Virus record (IMG/VR): IMGVR_UViG_3300008117_000046 | From: an uncultured virus (IMG/VR IMGVR_UViG_3300008117_000046) | Taxonomy: Duplodnaviria > Heunggongvirae > Uroviricota > Caudoviricetes | Reading direction: 5' to 3' (one strand) | DNA: 64,000 nucleotides | Part shown: piece by piece, positions 11,532 through 21,326 of the stretch | Layout of the letters: each line of letters opens with the position of its first letter | Position numbering within the stretch: position 1 is the stretch's first letter | Position numbers and translations under genes: made by a program | The notes under the pieces: generated by a model | Databases searched by the model: none | What the model was told of the DNA's origin: nothing | What the model saw: the letters and a program-made list of their open reading frames with translations, nothing else

Positions 11532-11851
11532 AAAGTATAGTAGCGCGTATACCAATTAATCACGCTGTGCCCCTCATCGCAGGGGCACTATATCGTCGTA
11601 CCGTACCGCAGCTGGCAGCGCGGGGCTACGATAATAGACTGGCCCTATTATTACAGGGCCTCCCTATAGCTGACTTCACAGATGAGGAGCTCGATTACCT
11701 AACAACGCTACCACTAGGCCTCCTAACGGCAGGTACGACTAATACGTATAGAGAGCTGTATTACCGCGGGCAGTATATTCATATACCCTCTTATCTATCT
11801 GACCACACCATAGCCCAATTCCTAGTAATAGTGGAGAGCCTGCGTGAGTAA
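11516..11851 (+). CDS. Hypothetical protein
   Basis: ORF overlapping both neighbours in the structural operon. Confidence 0.6.
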   Translation: MSDILESIVARIPINHAVPLIAGALYRRTVPQLAARGYDNRLALLLQGLPIADFTDEELDYLTTLPLGLLTAGTTNTYRELYYRGQYIHIPSYLSDHTIAQFLVIVESLRE

Positions 11852-13151
11852 TACCAATACTACCCCACGAGTACCGGCCGCCGCACCTAACACAACAGTT
11901 GGCACTAAGCTGGGGTTGAATGATATAGTAACAGGTAAGGAGTATCCCGTTAACTTCTATCTTAGTCCTCCTACCTACGATAGCGATATAGATCTTATTG
12001 TAGAACTACTAGATAGTGACCAATTAAATAATGAAGCCAGAACAGAAGCTATAAAGTACCTCAGAGAAGTTTCTACATTGCCTCTTACTGAAGACTTCAC
12101 CGAGGCAGGAAGAGATAAGGCCAGTGAGTATGTAGCAGAACTTGCCACTCCGGGTAGTATAGGTATACCTACAGGTAATGAAGTAGATCCTTCTAAGGGA
12201 GATTCCAGCAAATTAACAACTAAGCAGGAGCCGACTATAACGTATCCACCTGCGGCAGACTGGGGTATGAGAGTTACACAAGTAGACACTAATAAGAGTT
12301 ATTTCTTCAGTCTATTGCCGGCTATGGACTCAGTCATACCTATGACAGCGAGTAAGGATGTACCCAACGCACTGCCGGGATTACACATACGAGTTAAGGC
12401 TAATATTGCTAAGTTGCGGGTACCAGGCAGCACACCTATCTACCAGCACATGGGGATAGATAGTGTAATGATAACTGTAGTAGGGATGTTCACTGGAGTA
12501 GATGGCGATAAACCGAGCCCGGCTACCTATCTATCTCATGCTACTGGTAAGGATAAGGTCGGGACTCTTATGGCTAAGCTAGATACTTATGGCGCTATGC
12601 AAAGCTTCTACGAGCACGCATACCTGAGTGGGGCTGATCTAGACGTAGAGATTAACATGGCACGCTACCAGGCCTTCGATGTAGAGGAGGGAGTGATACG
12701 CTCAGCTAAAACAGGTAATCCCCGCTTCCGCGGACACCTATCACTACTCGAGGTAGCACATGCGCGTAGCGATAGAACATACTATACGCTACAATTCGAG
12801 ACACGCTCTCTAACGGAGGATAAGTGTGAGATAACTAAGATAGAACATATACCTGCCAGTCTCAAAGAGGCTATAAGCCGGACTACAGTAGAAGAGCAGG
12901 CCAATGCGGTGGATAGCGCCCTGGCTATAATTGAGGATATTGAGATGGCTAAGCGGGGAATCGATGGCAAAACGCTCTCTCAATGGGAGAGCAGGGATCC
13001 TGACCCCATCACCGGCCAGCGCCTTAGCGTGCATGAGGTATGTGATAGGGGTGGGGCGTGCAGATATTACGTCGTCTCTATAGGACAAGTATTTGAAGTA
13101 ACTGGTGAAGATGCAATAAATAAACTTAAGGATGAAAAATATACATACTGA
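11844..13151 (+). CDS. Hypothetical virion-associated protein
   Basis: 435-aa ORF in the structural operon. Confidence 0.55.
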   Translation: MSNTNTTPRVPAAAPNTTVGTKLGLNDIVTGKEYPVNFYLSPPTYDSDIDLIVELLDSDQLNNEARTEAIKYLREVSTLPLTEDFTEAGRDKASEYVAELATPGSIGIPTGNEVDPSKGDSSKLTTKQEPTITYPPAADWGMRVTQVDTNKSYFFSLLPAMDSVIPMTASKDVPNALPGLHIRVKANIAKLRVPGSTPIYQHMGIDSVMITVVGMFTGVDGDKPSPATYLSHATGKDKVGTLMAKLDTYGAMQSFYEHAYLSGADLDVEINMARYQAFDVEEGVIRSAKTGNPRFRGHLSLLEVAHARSDRTYYTLQFETRSLTEDKCEITKIEHIPASLKEAISRTTVEEQANAVDSALAIIEDIEMAKRGIDGKTLSQWESRDPDPITGQRLSVHEVCDRGGACRYYVVSIGQVFEVTGEDAINKLKDEKYTY

Positions 13152-15072
13152 AGCAAGTATTGAGGCTACGGTGCAGGCCGTTACTGTAGCCACAGGCTCT
13201 GTACCTACGACTATTAGTATTGTAGGGGGAGTAGTAACAGCATCCACCGCAGGGGCTGCTGCGGGCGATGTAATTAATACAGTTGCTAATGGAGATAGCA
13301 GGCAATACACACCTATTGAGGCAGCCAGGGACGCAGTAACTATACTGGCTCCTACTAAAATAGAAACTGCAGCGCTTGGCAAGGTAGTTGGTGTTGGTAC
13401 TAAGGTTGCATCTGTACCAGCAAGACTCGCGGGTAAGGTTATATCAAAGACTGGTATATTAAATACTGGGCCAGGTGCTAAGATAACTGGTAGTCTGGCT
13501 CAGTCTACTCAAGGCGTTCGTAGTGCCATTCTCTCTACTGCTAATAAGGCTAAGAGTAGCGCAGTGAACTTCACACAGCGCGCCACTCCCGGCATACTAC
13601 AACCTCCCTCGAATTATCTCAGTAGTAGTAACGTCGCGGCTAGGTTCACTAGGTTTATAACTCCTGGGGCCAGTAATGTAGCTAGCGCTTCTCCTAATAA
13701 TGTTGTTAATAATGCAAACGCCCTAACAAGAAGGGATATTCCTAATATAAATAAGGTAAGTCAAGAAAGTGGCGACATAGCCATCCAAATGCGTAATGAG
13801 AATGTATCTATAGATAATGCGTCTAGATGGATAGCTGATAACTATCCAAGTGCTGATGTTGAAGAAGTACTACGTGCTAGACAAATTATACGTAATAATG
13901 TTGATTTTCCAGTAGAAGATGATCCTGCTTCGTTAACCACTATTCTGTACAGAGAAGGTTATAGACCACAGGACATGAACCCGGCCGAATTAGTTAATTA
14001 TATTAAGAATGTTAGGCCCGGCGTATCTGACAGCGTTGCGACTAGTTTAAGGTATCAGGTACTCAGTGAATATAATGAGAAGTATCCCAGAGCTATAACT
14101 GATGAGGGTGTATATAATAACATTATAAAAATTGCTAACACTCTACGCCCAGGCGCCACTGAGACCCAGAAGCTCAAGGCTCTTGAAGATATCTCTGATA
14201 AAAAGAGAGCTCTCAGAATACTTAACGAGATACTAGATAAACGATTAATTAGTAATATAAGAGTTACTTTAGTAAAACCTCCAGAAGGGGAAGTACCTCT
14301 TCCACTTAATCCTGACGGTACCCCAATTATCTCAACCCCTACTGTAGACTCTATTGATGATGAACCTATTATTATTATAGACTATACATTCGATACTATT
14401 GATTCTATAGTACCTATACCTACGAATACATTAACCGCGCCAGCTGTACCAGTAGGATCACCCCACAATACATTACAAACTAATACAGGTACGCTACCAG
14501 CATCTGTATCTGCGCCGGCCTCTCCAGCTAATAAGGTTATTTCTATTATGGGAGGGGGCGCCATATCAGAAGAAGCAGTTGCTAACCAGCTTACTGCAGA
14601 GATAGGAGGCCCCCCAATAACGGATTCAGTACTTAGAGAGACAGTAAGGGTCAATCTAGAGAATAAACAGGCAATAGTTGAAGATAGTCAGATAGAAAGT
14701 ATATTAAATCTAGTCAAGCAAAAGATTAATCCCGGGTCTCTAGTAGTACCTAGAGTAGCTAATACAGGTGATATACAGGATATAGTAGAGCAATTACCTG
14801 ATGAGCTGGGTACGCCTACTAATCAAGTAGTAGGACAGGCCCCAGATGCTACAACTGGCCGAGCTATTATTAACCATTCTACTTCGTCTATACAAGTAGA
14901 ACAAATAGCAAAGAATCAGGCACAAGCAATATTAAATACTAATCCCGACATAAATCCTGATACGCTATCTAATAATCAGATACTTGCTCTTGTTGACGTA
15001 GCCTTTGCGGTAGATTTTAACAGAGATCCATTTACTACTTCTATACGTAATTATATAAAAGTTCTGAAATAA
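13132..15072 (+). CDS. Hypothetical protein with Ala/Thr/Val-rich N-terminus
   Basis: 646-aa ORF overlapping the previous gene. Confidence 0.6.
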   Translation: MKNIHTEASIEATVQAVTVATGSVPTTISIVGGVVTASTAGAAAGDVINTVANGDSRQYTPIEAARDAVTILAPTKIETAALGKVVGVGTKVASVPARLAGKVISKTGILNTGPGAKITGSLAQSTQGVRSAILSTANKAKSSAVNFTQRATPGILQPPSNYLSSSNVAARFTRFITPGASNVASASPNNVVNNANALTRRDIPNINKVSQESGDIAIQMRNENVSIDNASRWIADNYPSADVEEVLRARQIIRNNVDFPVEDDPASLTTILYREGYRPQDMNPAELVNYIKNVRPGVSDSVATSLRYQVLSEYNEKYPRAITDEGVYNNIIKIANTLRPGATETQKLKALEDISDKKRALRILNEILDKRLISNIRVTLVKPPEGEVPLPLNPDGTPIISTPTVDSIDDEPIIIIDYTFDTIDSIVPIPTNTLTAPAVPVGSPHNTLQTNTGTLPASVSAPASPANKVISIMGGGAISEEAVANQLTAEIGGPPITDSVLRETVRVNLENKQAIVEDSQIESILNLVKQKINPGSLVVPRVANTGDIQDIVEQLPDELGTPTNQVVGQAPDATTGRAIINHSTSSIQVEQIAKNQAQAILNTNPDINPDTLSNNQILALVDVAFAVDFNRDPFTTSIRNYIKVLK

Positions 15073-15083
15073 GGGAGAGTCTA

Positions 15084-16232
15084 ATGAGATTACTGATATA
15101 CATAGGTCAGTCTGTAACTATGAGATATCTAGTAGGTAAGATAGAGTCTGAGGTGACGGGTACTCTATCTATCACTGATAAGATAGTGACAGTGGGGCCC
15201 GCCCGTTCTAATCTACGAGATGTACTGACTATAATACAAGACAATAATACTATCTACACTAGGCCAGATGGCACGCCGACCTATAATGCCCCAGTGGCGC
15301 AGACGCTAACACGTCCGTTTAGTTGGGCCGCTGACGCAGAGGCGGCTGTGGTAGAGTACCTAGAGCAGGGTATAGCGCCAGAGGTACAGCTTATACGTCG
15401 CACTGCGCTAGTCACATACATAGATAGCCTCATAGTAGAGGCAGTCAGATTAATTGATAATGACCTCATATTAGAAACAGCAGCAGGAGACGTAAGAACG
15501 CCAGTCAACGAAGTACTCCAGATTACTACTGGGGTTCCATCTCGATGGAGTGATAGTATAATAGACCTGGAGGTATGGTTAGAATCTCTGGGCTCAGGTC
15601 GTTTCTACATAGATAGAATAGGAGACGCTACAACGATAGAGGCAGATATAGTCTATACTAGTCGGGGCCGTCAGATAGTAGGTAGACTAGGGGATATAAC
15701 TGTAACGATGCCAATAGAGACAGTAGAGAGCGTAAGACAAGGCGATAAGACGTGGTTTAATACCCGGCCGCCGCGGGGGCCCATAATTCCTAACCTAGGT
15801 CTACTCCGCGCTGCTACTAGATTTATACGAAATTACACAATAAATGAGACTATAGGCGCAGAGTTATACGAGACGTATCTAATAGATGGTACTCGTATAA
15901 ACAGCCGGGCCATGTATTTACAGGATGGCTGCATAGTATTGGCAAATGGGCCAGAGAGCTGGTGGGTCAGTGTAAGAGATGTAAGGTTACTGACGGCTAC
16001 TATGTTCTCTGGTCTATCAGTTAATACGCTTATACCGTTAGGCAGGTCTATCCCGCAGGCTCGCACTGTGCCTATACAATCATCTATAGGCGTAATATAT
16101 AGAGAAGGTGACTATAAGCCCATATTCTTCTTATCTATAAGAGAATGGAGTAATATATTCATTCTTGCTACATACGAGAATGATAATTACCTAGTAGCTA
16201 AAGAGGAGATTGGCCGAATTGAGTACTATTAA
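15084..16232 (+). CDS. Hypothetical protein
   Basis: 382-aa ORF with SD-like GGGAG upstream. Confidence 0.65.
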   Translation: MRLLIYIGQSVTMRYLVGKIESEVTGTLSITDKIVTVGPARSNLRDVLTIIQDNNTIYTRPDGTPTYNAPVAQTLTRPFSWAADAEAAVVEYLEQGIAPEVQLIRRTALVTYIDSLIVEAVRLIDNDLILETAAGDVRTPVNEVLQITTGVPSRWSDSIIDLEVWLESLGSGRFYIDRIGDATTIEADIVYTSRGRQIVGRLGDITVTMPIETVESVRQGDKTWFNTRPPRGPIIPNLGLLRAATRFIRNYTINETIGAELYETYLIDGTRINSRAMYLQDGCIVLANGPESWWVSVRDVRLLTATMFSGLSVNTLIPLGRSIPQARTVPIQSSIGVIYREGDYKPIFFLSIREWSNIFILATYENDNYLVAKEEIGRIEYY

Positions 16233-17055
16233 ACCATGGCAAGAACTAGTAGCAGAACAACGGCGGCTCAACCCCGCGCGGCCTTATCAGCCGCAGGCAG
16301 GTCTATTTGAATATAAGGGCCTAGATGCACTAGTCATAGAGGCAGAGAGTTATACATGGGTAGGAATCCAGTGGCTGGGCGGCGATTTATGGGGCCGTCG
16401 CGGCTGGCAGGAGATAGCCGTATTTGTAAGAATAGATGGCCAGAGCTGGGCCAATAGGCGATATATCTACTTACCAGTAGATTTAGTAGAGCATCTCCTG
16501 CCATATATACCAATGGTAGATAATGGTTATACACTACGTTATCCCTCAGCGGATGATCTAGTACCTATATTCAGTGGTAGGCTGGTGTTGTTAAGTAGTC
16601 AGGGTATACACCCCCTATTACCCGGCTGGTTATGGACTGGACGAGTGATATGGCCTTACTATGAATATCAACACGTATCAGGTAATATAGCGCCGCCTAA
16701 TACTCTCCAGTGGAGTAAGTTAAGACCTACTAATCTACTAGATCCCCTTGGTCCACCAAGCGTAGAGCAGATGACGCGTACACTACCTAATCTAGTAGGT
16801 GAGTTACCCACTAGGTTAGAGGAACCCTGGATAGGAACGTATACGGGCTGGTCTACTATTAATTATGGTGAGGAGACTACGCTATATCAATATAGAGCCC
16901 AGACTCAGGAATTATTCCTACTAGATAGCCCTCCATTATTAGATAGTATTTTATACAAACAGCAGTGGTTAATTGATAAGGTGCGCCTCAGTCATAGTAT
17001 TGTACAGGGCGTAGTTATACAGCAGACAGTAACAGCAACATTGAGATTATGGTAA
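16210..17055 (+). CDS. Hypothetical protein
   Basis: 281-aa ORF coupled to its neighbours. Confidence 0.6.
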   Translation: MAELSTIKPWQELVAEQRRLNPARPYQPQAGLFEYKGLDALVIEAESYTWVGIQWLGGDLWGRRGWQEIAVFVRIDGQSWANRRYIYLPVDLVEHLLPYIPMVDNGYTLRYPSADDLVPIFSGRLVLLSSQGIHPLLPGWLWTGRVIWPYYEYQHVSGNIAPPNTLQWSKLRPTNLLDPLGPPSVEQMTRTLPNLVGELPTRLEEPWIGTYTGWSTINYGEETTLYQYRAQTQELFLLDSPPLLDSILYKQQWLIDKVRLSHSIVQGVVIQQTVTATLRLW

Positions 17056-17417
17056 CTAAGCTAGATCTAGTTAAGGATAGAGCTATTATACGAGGGGCCC
17101 TCTGGGATCTACTGACTATACTACGTCAGGGAGACCTAACAGCACTGCAGTGCCGGGGCCAGATACGAGATGGAGAGGATGGTGAGTTATTTGCTAACTT
17201 TGAGTTTGAGCCTCTAACTACAGTAGATAGAGATGGAGTGATCTACACACGTATTAAACCCTATCTAGGTGCCACACGTACTAAGCAGATACCTACTACA
17301 GCACCGCGTCAGACATGGTTCTATGATATAGAGTTATATGATCCCCTCGATGATGATATAGTGTATAGAATCATCGACGGCGCTGTAGAGAGCCGTCTAA
17401 ACATAACATTACCTTAA
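17049..17417 (+). CDS. Small tail/baseplate-associated beta-sandwich protein
   Basis: DLT..RGQIR...YDIEL.D...RIIDG.VE pattern of phage tail-associated domains. Confidence 0.5.
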   Translation: MVTKLDLVKDRAIIRGALWDLLTILRQGDLTALQCRGQIRDGEDGELFANFEFEPLTTVDRDGVIYTRIKPYLGATRTKQIPTTAPRQTWFYDIELYDPLDDDIVYRIIDGAVESRLNITLP

Positions 17418-17418
17418 C

Positions 17419-17889
17419 ATGTACACAAGAGCACTATACTCCTTCCTACTATCTCAGATTAATACTAATCTAGTAGTCATTCTAATCAATCGGCCCGAGC
17501 TAGGTATAGGTACTGTATTAACCCCCACTGAGATAGATGCCCGCCTGAATATCACCATGGCTGAAGCAGCCCTCTGGGAGATTAGTGGTTATAGTAGATT
17601 CATCGTCACTACCCCAATCATCACTATCCCAACACGTACAGCACCCACTGCTAGTTTGGTTGCTACTGCTACATTCACGCCATCAGGGGGGCCGATAGGG
17701 CCCTTCACTCATGCACTGGTAGTACGGGGGGCTAACCTAACTGGTGCCAGTCCAGCTAATGGTAATAACCGCGGTAGTAACGTGGGTACTGTAGTGCACA
17801 TAGAAACCGTAGTTAGCGCACCACTCTCGGTAGCACCACCTGCAGTATACAATTGCACTATCAATTTACTGCTCAACGAGCAGACATGA
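17419..17889 (+). CDS. Putative tail protein
   Basis: SGYSR...ATFTPSGG..GPFTHA pattern and operon context. Confidence 0.45.
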   Translation: MYTRALYSFLLSQINTNLVVILINRPELGIGTVLTPTEIDARLNITMAEAALWEISGYSRFIVTTPIITIPTRTAPTASLVATATFTPSGGPIGPFTHALVVRGANLTGASPANGNNRGSNVGTVVHIETVVSAPLSVAPPAVYNCTINLLLNEQT

Positions 17890-18063
17890 CTCCTATAGCT
17901 GCGACTTAGTAGAGAGGCCAGCAGGGTATAGTTCTGTGGCCTCCTCGACTGTTAGTTTTATTCATTCGCATATAATAAAATTCCACCACCTCAATACTAA
18001 GCATAGTGCCAATTACTACACGAGCCGTGCTATAAACTTCCAAATCTAGAGTCAAGTACATGC

Positions 18064-18855
18064 GTGGTGCCTGCTATTAACCACATAGTGAGGGGCATAC
18101 TACTAAAGCGTCGCTGTCTAAACTCATTATTCATTGTGATTAACCTCGAGTCATTAATTAGAACACGGGCCCCTGCGCTATTAGGCGCTCTGCCACTATT
18201 AGATTGGTGGATAATACAATTACTCAGTAGTACTGATTACCCTGTCGTAGTTCTCAATAGGGATATACATTCTGTTAGAGTGCCCGGCCCCTACGACATG
18301 ATAGATAGTAGGGGTAATTTTATCATGCGCTCAGAATTAGATAGCTGGGGTCTAGAACCACTGCAGAGAGCCATCCTCTCTACTAAGGCGGAGGGCAGTA
18401 TAAGCGCATACGTACTGCGGTCAGGCAGCTCTAGTACTATTATAATCTACACTGCATTCTCTCGAGACAATAGTCTAGATCAAGAGGTACAATTAGAGGT
18501 CCCGCAGAATACAACGGTAGTAACTATCCGCTTCAATTCAACTGTGCCCTGGACACTACGCTATATAGAATCGCCCCCCCGCTTAGATGTACCAATACCA
18601 GATGAGTACATAGAGCTAGAGATAGACGCGGGCACTCATATTATGAGTACCATATCGTCTATATATCTGAATCCATCACTACCAGTAAACACAATATCGG
18701 GCCCTGCAGCAATACACATGATACCCCAAGGTGACGTATTCTATGTCGCTATAAATGAGGATCCTAATTTAGTCAAGGCTATACAACCTGACATAGACAT
18801 AATAGAATACACAGAGACTAAGAATATGTGTATGGAGGTGACACTTGGCGCGTAA
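18064..18855 (+). CDS. Hypothetical protein (start uncertain)
   Basis: ORF overlapping the terL start. Confidence 0.55.
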   Translation: MVPAINHIVRGILLKRRCLNSLFIVINLESLIRTRAPALLGALPLLDWWIIQLLSSTDYPVVVLNRDIHSVRVPGPYDMIDSRGNFIMRSELDSWGLEPLQRAILSTKAEGSISAYVLRSGSSSTIIIYTAFSRDNSLDQEVQLEVPQNTTVVTIRFNSTVPWTLRYIESPPRLDVPIPDEYIELEIDAGTHIMSTISSIYLNPSLPVNTISGPAAIHMIPQGDVFYVAINEDPNLVKAIQPDIDIIEYTETKNMCMEVTLGA

Positions 18856-20623
18856 ACGTAAGCTGGATCCAATAGAACTATTCGATGAGTTAGCGTATGA
18901 AGGCCTAGCTCAGGTTAAGACTGGGCACGTTATAGGTATAGTTGAATTTGCAGAGCAGTATCTACTGGCCCCCGGTGATACATTATTCCCGCCTCAGAGA
19001 GCTATACTGCGCGCTCTCTATAATGAGCCTCTACTAGAGGATGAGCTAGCTATACTACAACGATGGGCTGAGCAAGACGTAACCACCTGGGTACCAGACC
19101 GCTCCTACGTCAACATGGTACTAGAGTGTGGGCGACGAGGAGGTAAGAGCGTGCTAGCAAGTATATGCGTGCTCTACGAGTTCTATTGCCTTATTAACCT
19201 AGATAACCCAGCTAAGCACTATGGTCTCCTGAGTGGATCCCCTATAGCTATATTTGTTATAGCGCGAAGCGGGGCCCAGGTCAATGAGACGCTATTCGGC
19301 GCAATCAGGGGCTACGCTAGCCAGAGCGGGTACTTCAAGGGGCTAGTGAACAGTGGTCAGATAGAGATACTCACGCAGGAGATACGTTGCCCGGCTAAAA
19401 ATATAGCCATCTACGCTAAACACACTAACTCGCAGTCCCTAGTAGGTTACTCCCTTAAGATGTTGGTTCTAGATGAGGCGGCCCGCTTCGAGTATAACGA
19501 GCTAGGGGAATCGAAGGCAGATGATATATGGAGTAACGTAGCTAAGGGGCTGAGTACCTTCGGGGATAAAGGTAAGAAGATAGCCATCAGTTCTGCTTGG
19601 GGTGAGGGGGACTACATACAGAATCTCTATAAGGTAGCGACACGCGATGCGCGCATGGTGGCATTCCGCCTACGCACCTGGGATATCAATCTACGACCAG
19701 AGGTCAGTGAGTATAGCCTCAAGAATAGTGAGGACTACATACGCGATCCCGTGACAGCAGCTCTGGAGTATGAGGGCATACGCTCTAGTAAGCACGGCTC
19801 CTTCTTCCAGAAGGAGTATATAGAGGAGGCAGTTAAGGGTCTCTCTTGTCTGGATGCACGTTCTATACCACTGGATATAGCCAATGGGGATGATACACGC
19901 TATTACGTATCACTGCAGATAACTAGGCTAGAGAGACTCAGTGAGGGCCGCTCCTATCTACACGTAGACTACGGACTCAAGAAGGATAGTGCCGCTATTG
20001 CCTTCGTAAGGAGCACTAAGCTAGAGGATGGTAGATGGGGCGTCATAGTAGATGGTCTACTAGTGTGGAAGCCCTATAGTGATAGAGATGGTAGAGGGAG
20101 GGGCATACAGCGTATAGTCTCCTACCTAGATATAGAGGAGAAGTTAGTGCAGATATGTCAGGCCCGCCATATTAGTCTCTGCTCATTTGACTCGTATCAA
20201 TCTCAGTCCACTATACAACGACTACACGCCCACGGCATACGCTCTACTGAGATGAGTACCACTAATACAGCGCAGCTGAGTTACTATAACCTAACGCGAC
20301 AACTACTCAATGAGGGGCGACTGATACTACCTCGCGATAGTACCTGGACGCATAGTCTGATGGCCGAGATGGGCGGTATATTACAACTGGCTAGTGGTAA
20401 GATAACTCACAACGAGCGGGCCAGCGGTAAGGACATAATAGATGCTGTAGTCAACGCTGTATTTAACTGCGTTAAGGAGGGCAGTACTCTCATGGGATTC
20501 AGTATGAGTTCTAGTGGCATCAAGAGTATCAGTAGCAAGACACTCAAGAAGAATAGAGAACTAACTACAGCTCGCGGTAAGGGGTTACTATTAGCAGCGC
20601 GTAAGCGGCGGCCCTCAATCTAA
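18845..20623 (+). CDS. terL: Terminase large subunit
   Basis: Q motif FPPQ, Walker A GRRGGKS, Walker B LVLDEAA, ISS motif III, nuclease motifs HVDYG, FDSYQS and KDIIDA. Confidence 0.9.
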   Translation: MARKRKLDPIELFDELAYEGLAQVKTGHVIGIVEFAEQYLLAPGDTLFPPQRAILRALYNEPLLEDELAILQRWAEQDVTTWVPDRSYVNMVLECGRRGGKSVLASICVLYEFYCLINLDNPAKHYGLLSGSPIAIFVIARSGAQVNETLFGAIRGYASQSGYFKGLVNSGQIEILTQEIRCPAKNIAIYAKHTNSQSLVGYSLKMLVLDEAARFEYNELGESKADDIWSNVAKGLSTFGDKGKKIAISSAWGEGDYIQNLYKVATRDARMVAFRLRTWDINLRPEVSEYSLKNSEDYIRDPVTAALEYEGIRSSKHGSFFQKEYIEEAVKGLSCLDARSIPLDIANGDDTRYYVSLQITRLERLSEGRSYLHVDYGLKKDSAAIAFVRSTKLEDGRWGVIVDGLLVWKPYSDRDGRGRGIQRIVSYLDIEEKLVQICQARHISLCSFDSYQSQSTIQRLHAHGIRSTEMSTTNTAQLSYYNLTRQLLNEGRLILPRDSTWTHSLMAEMGGILQLASGKITHNERASGKDIIDAVVNAVFNCVKEGSTLMGFSMSSSGIKSISSKTLKKNRELTTARGKGLLLAARKRRPSI

Positions 20624-20696
20624 TCATGTCCACAATAGATAAGCTCATCTCATCCATGATGTATTAAAAACTGTCCCCAGGCGCGCCATAACCATA

Positions 20697-21326
20697 ATGA
20701 AATTATCTCCAGTTATATTTGAGTTCCAGGAATTATTCAGCTCGTGGCGATACTACCTGTATATCACACCGCCGCGTTCTCTTCGTGGGGTCACGCCTGG
20801 CACCAGTCAAAGAATACATCTCCAGTCGACTATACCCCTACGTTTATTGCTGGCCCCCTGCGAGCCAGAGTATATACCACTGGCCTATCCCCAGTACAGC
20901 ACACCGCGAGCCAGTGAGGCATTCAGGCTAGAGAATGCCTATAAGATAGAGATCTGGAGATGGAGGCAACAATCTAAGGTACCAGGGCGCGTAGTCCAGG
21001 ATTATCAGGAGTCATTAGTAGACACACGATACTGGTGGATAGGTATGTCTACCAGTCGCGAGCGTATAGAGATAACACCAGTAAACAATATAATTAGTTT
21101 ATTCGATTACCCCGATATACTAGCAGGCATCGTTGTTAAAGATGCACTGGGTGCTATTGTAGATTACACCGTCAAGGACCAGAGCACTAGCCGAGCAGAG
21201 CGCTTCAAGGCGGAGATAGAATTACCTAATAATGATCCCGTAGTAGTAGAATACGATACACCGGTAGTGCCGATAGAGGTCTCCTATACAGATAAGGTCA
21301 GTGAACAGTGGAATCGGATCTACTAA
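20697..21326 (+). CDS. Hypothetical protein
   Basis: 209-aa ORF overlapping the giant gene start. Confidence 0.6.
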   Translation: MKLSPVIFEFQELFSSWRYYLYITPPRSLRGVTPGTSQRIHLQSTIPLRLLLAPCEPEYIPLAYPQYSTPRASEAFRLENAYKIEIWRWRQQSKVPGRVVQDYQESLVDTRYWWIGMSTSRERIEITPVNNIISLFDYPDILAGIVVKDALGAIVDYTVKDQSTSRAERFKAEIELPNNDPVVVEYDTPVVPIEVSYTDKVSEQWNRIY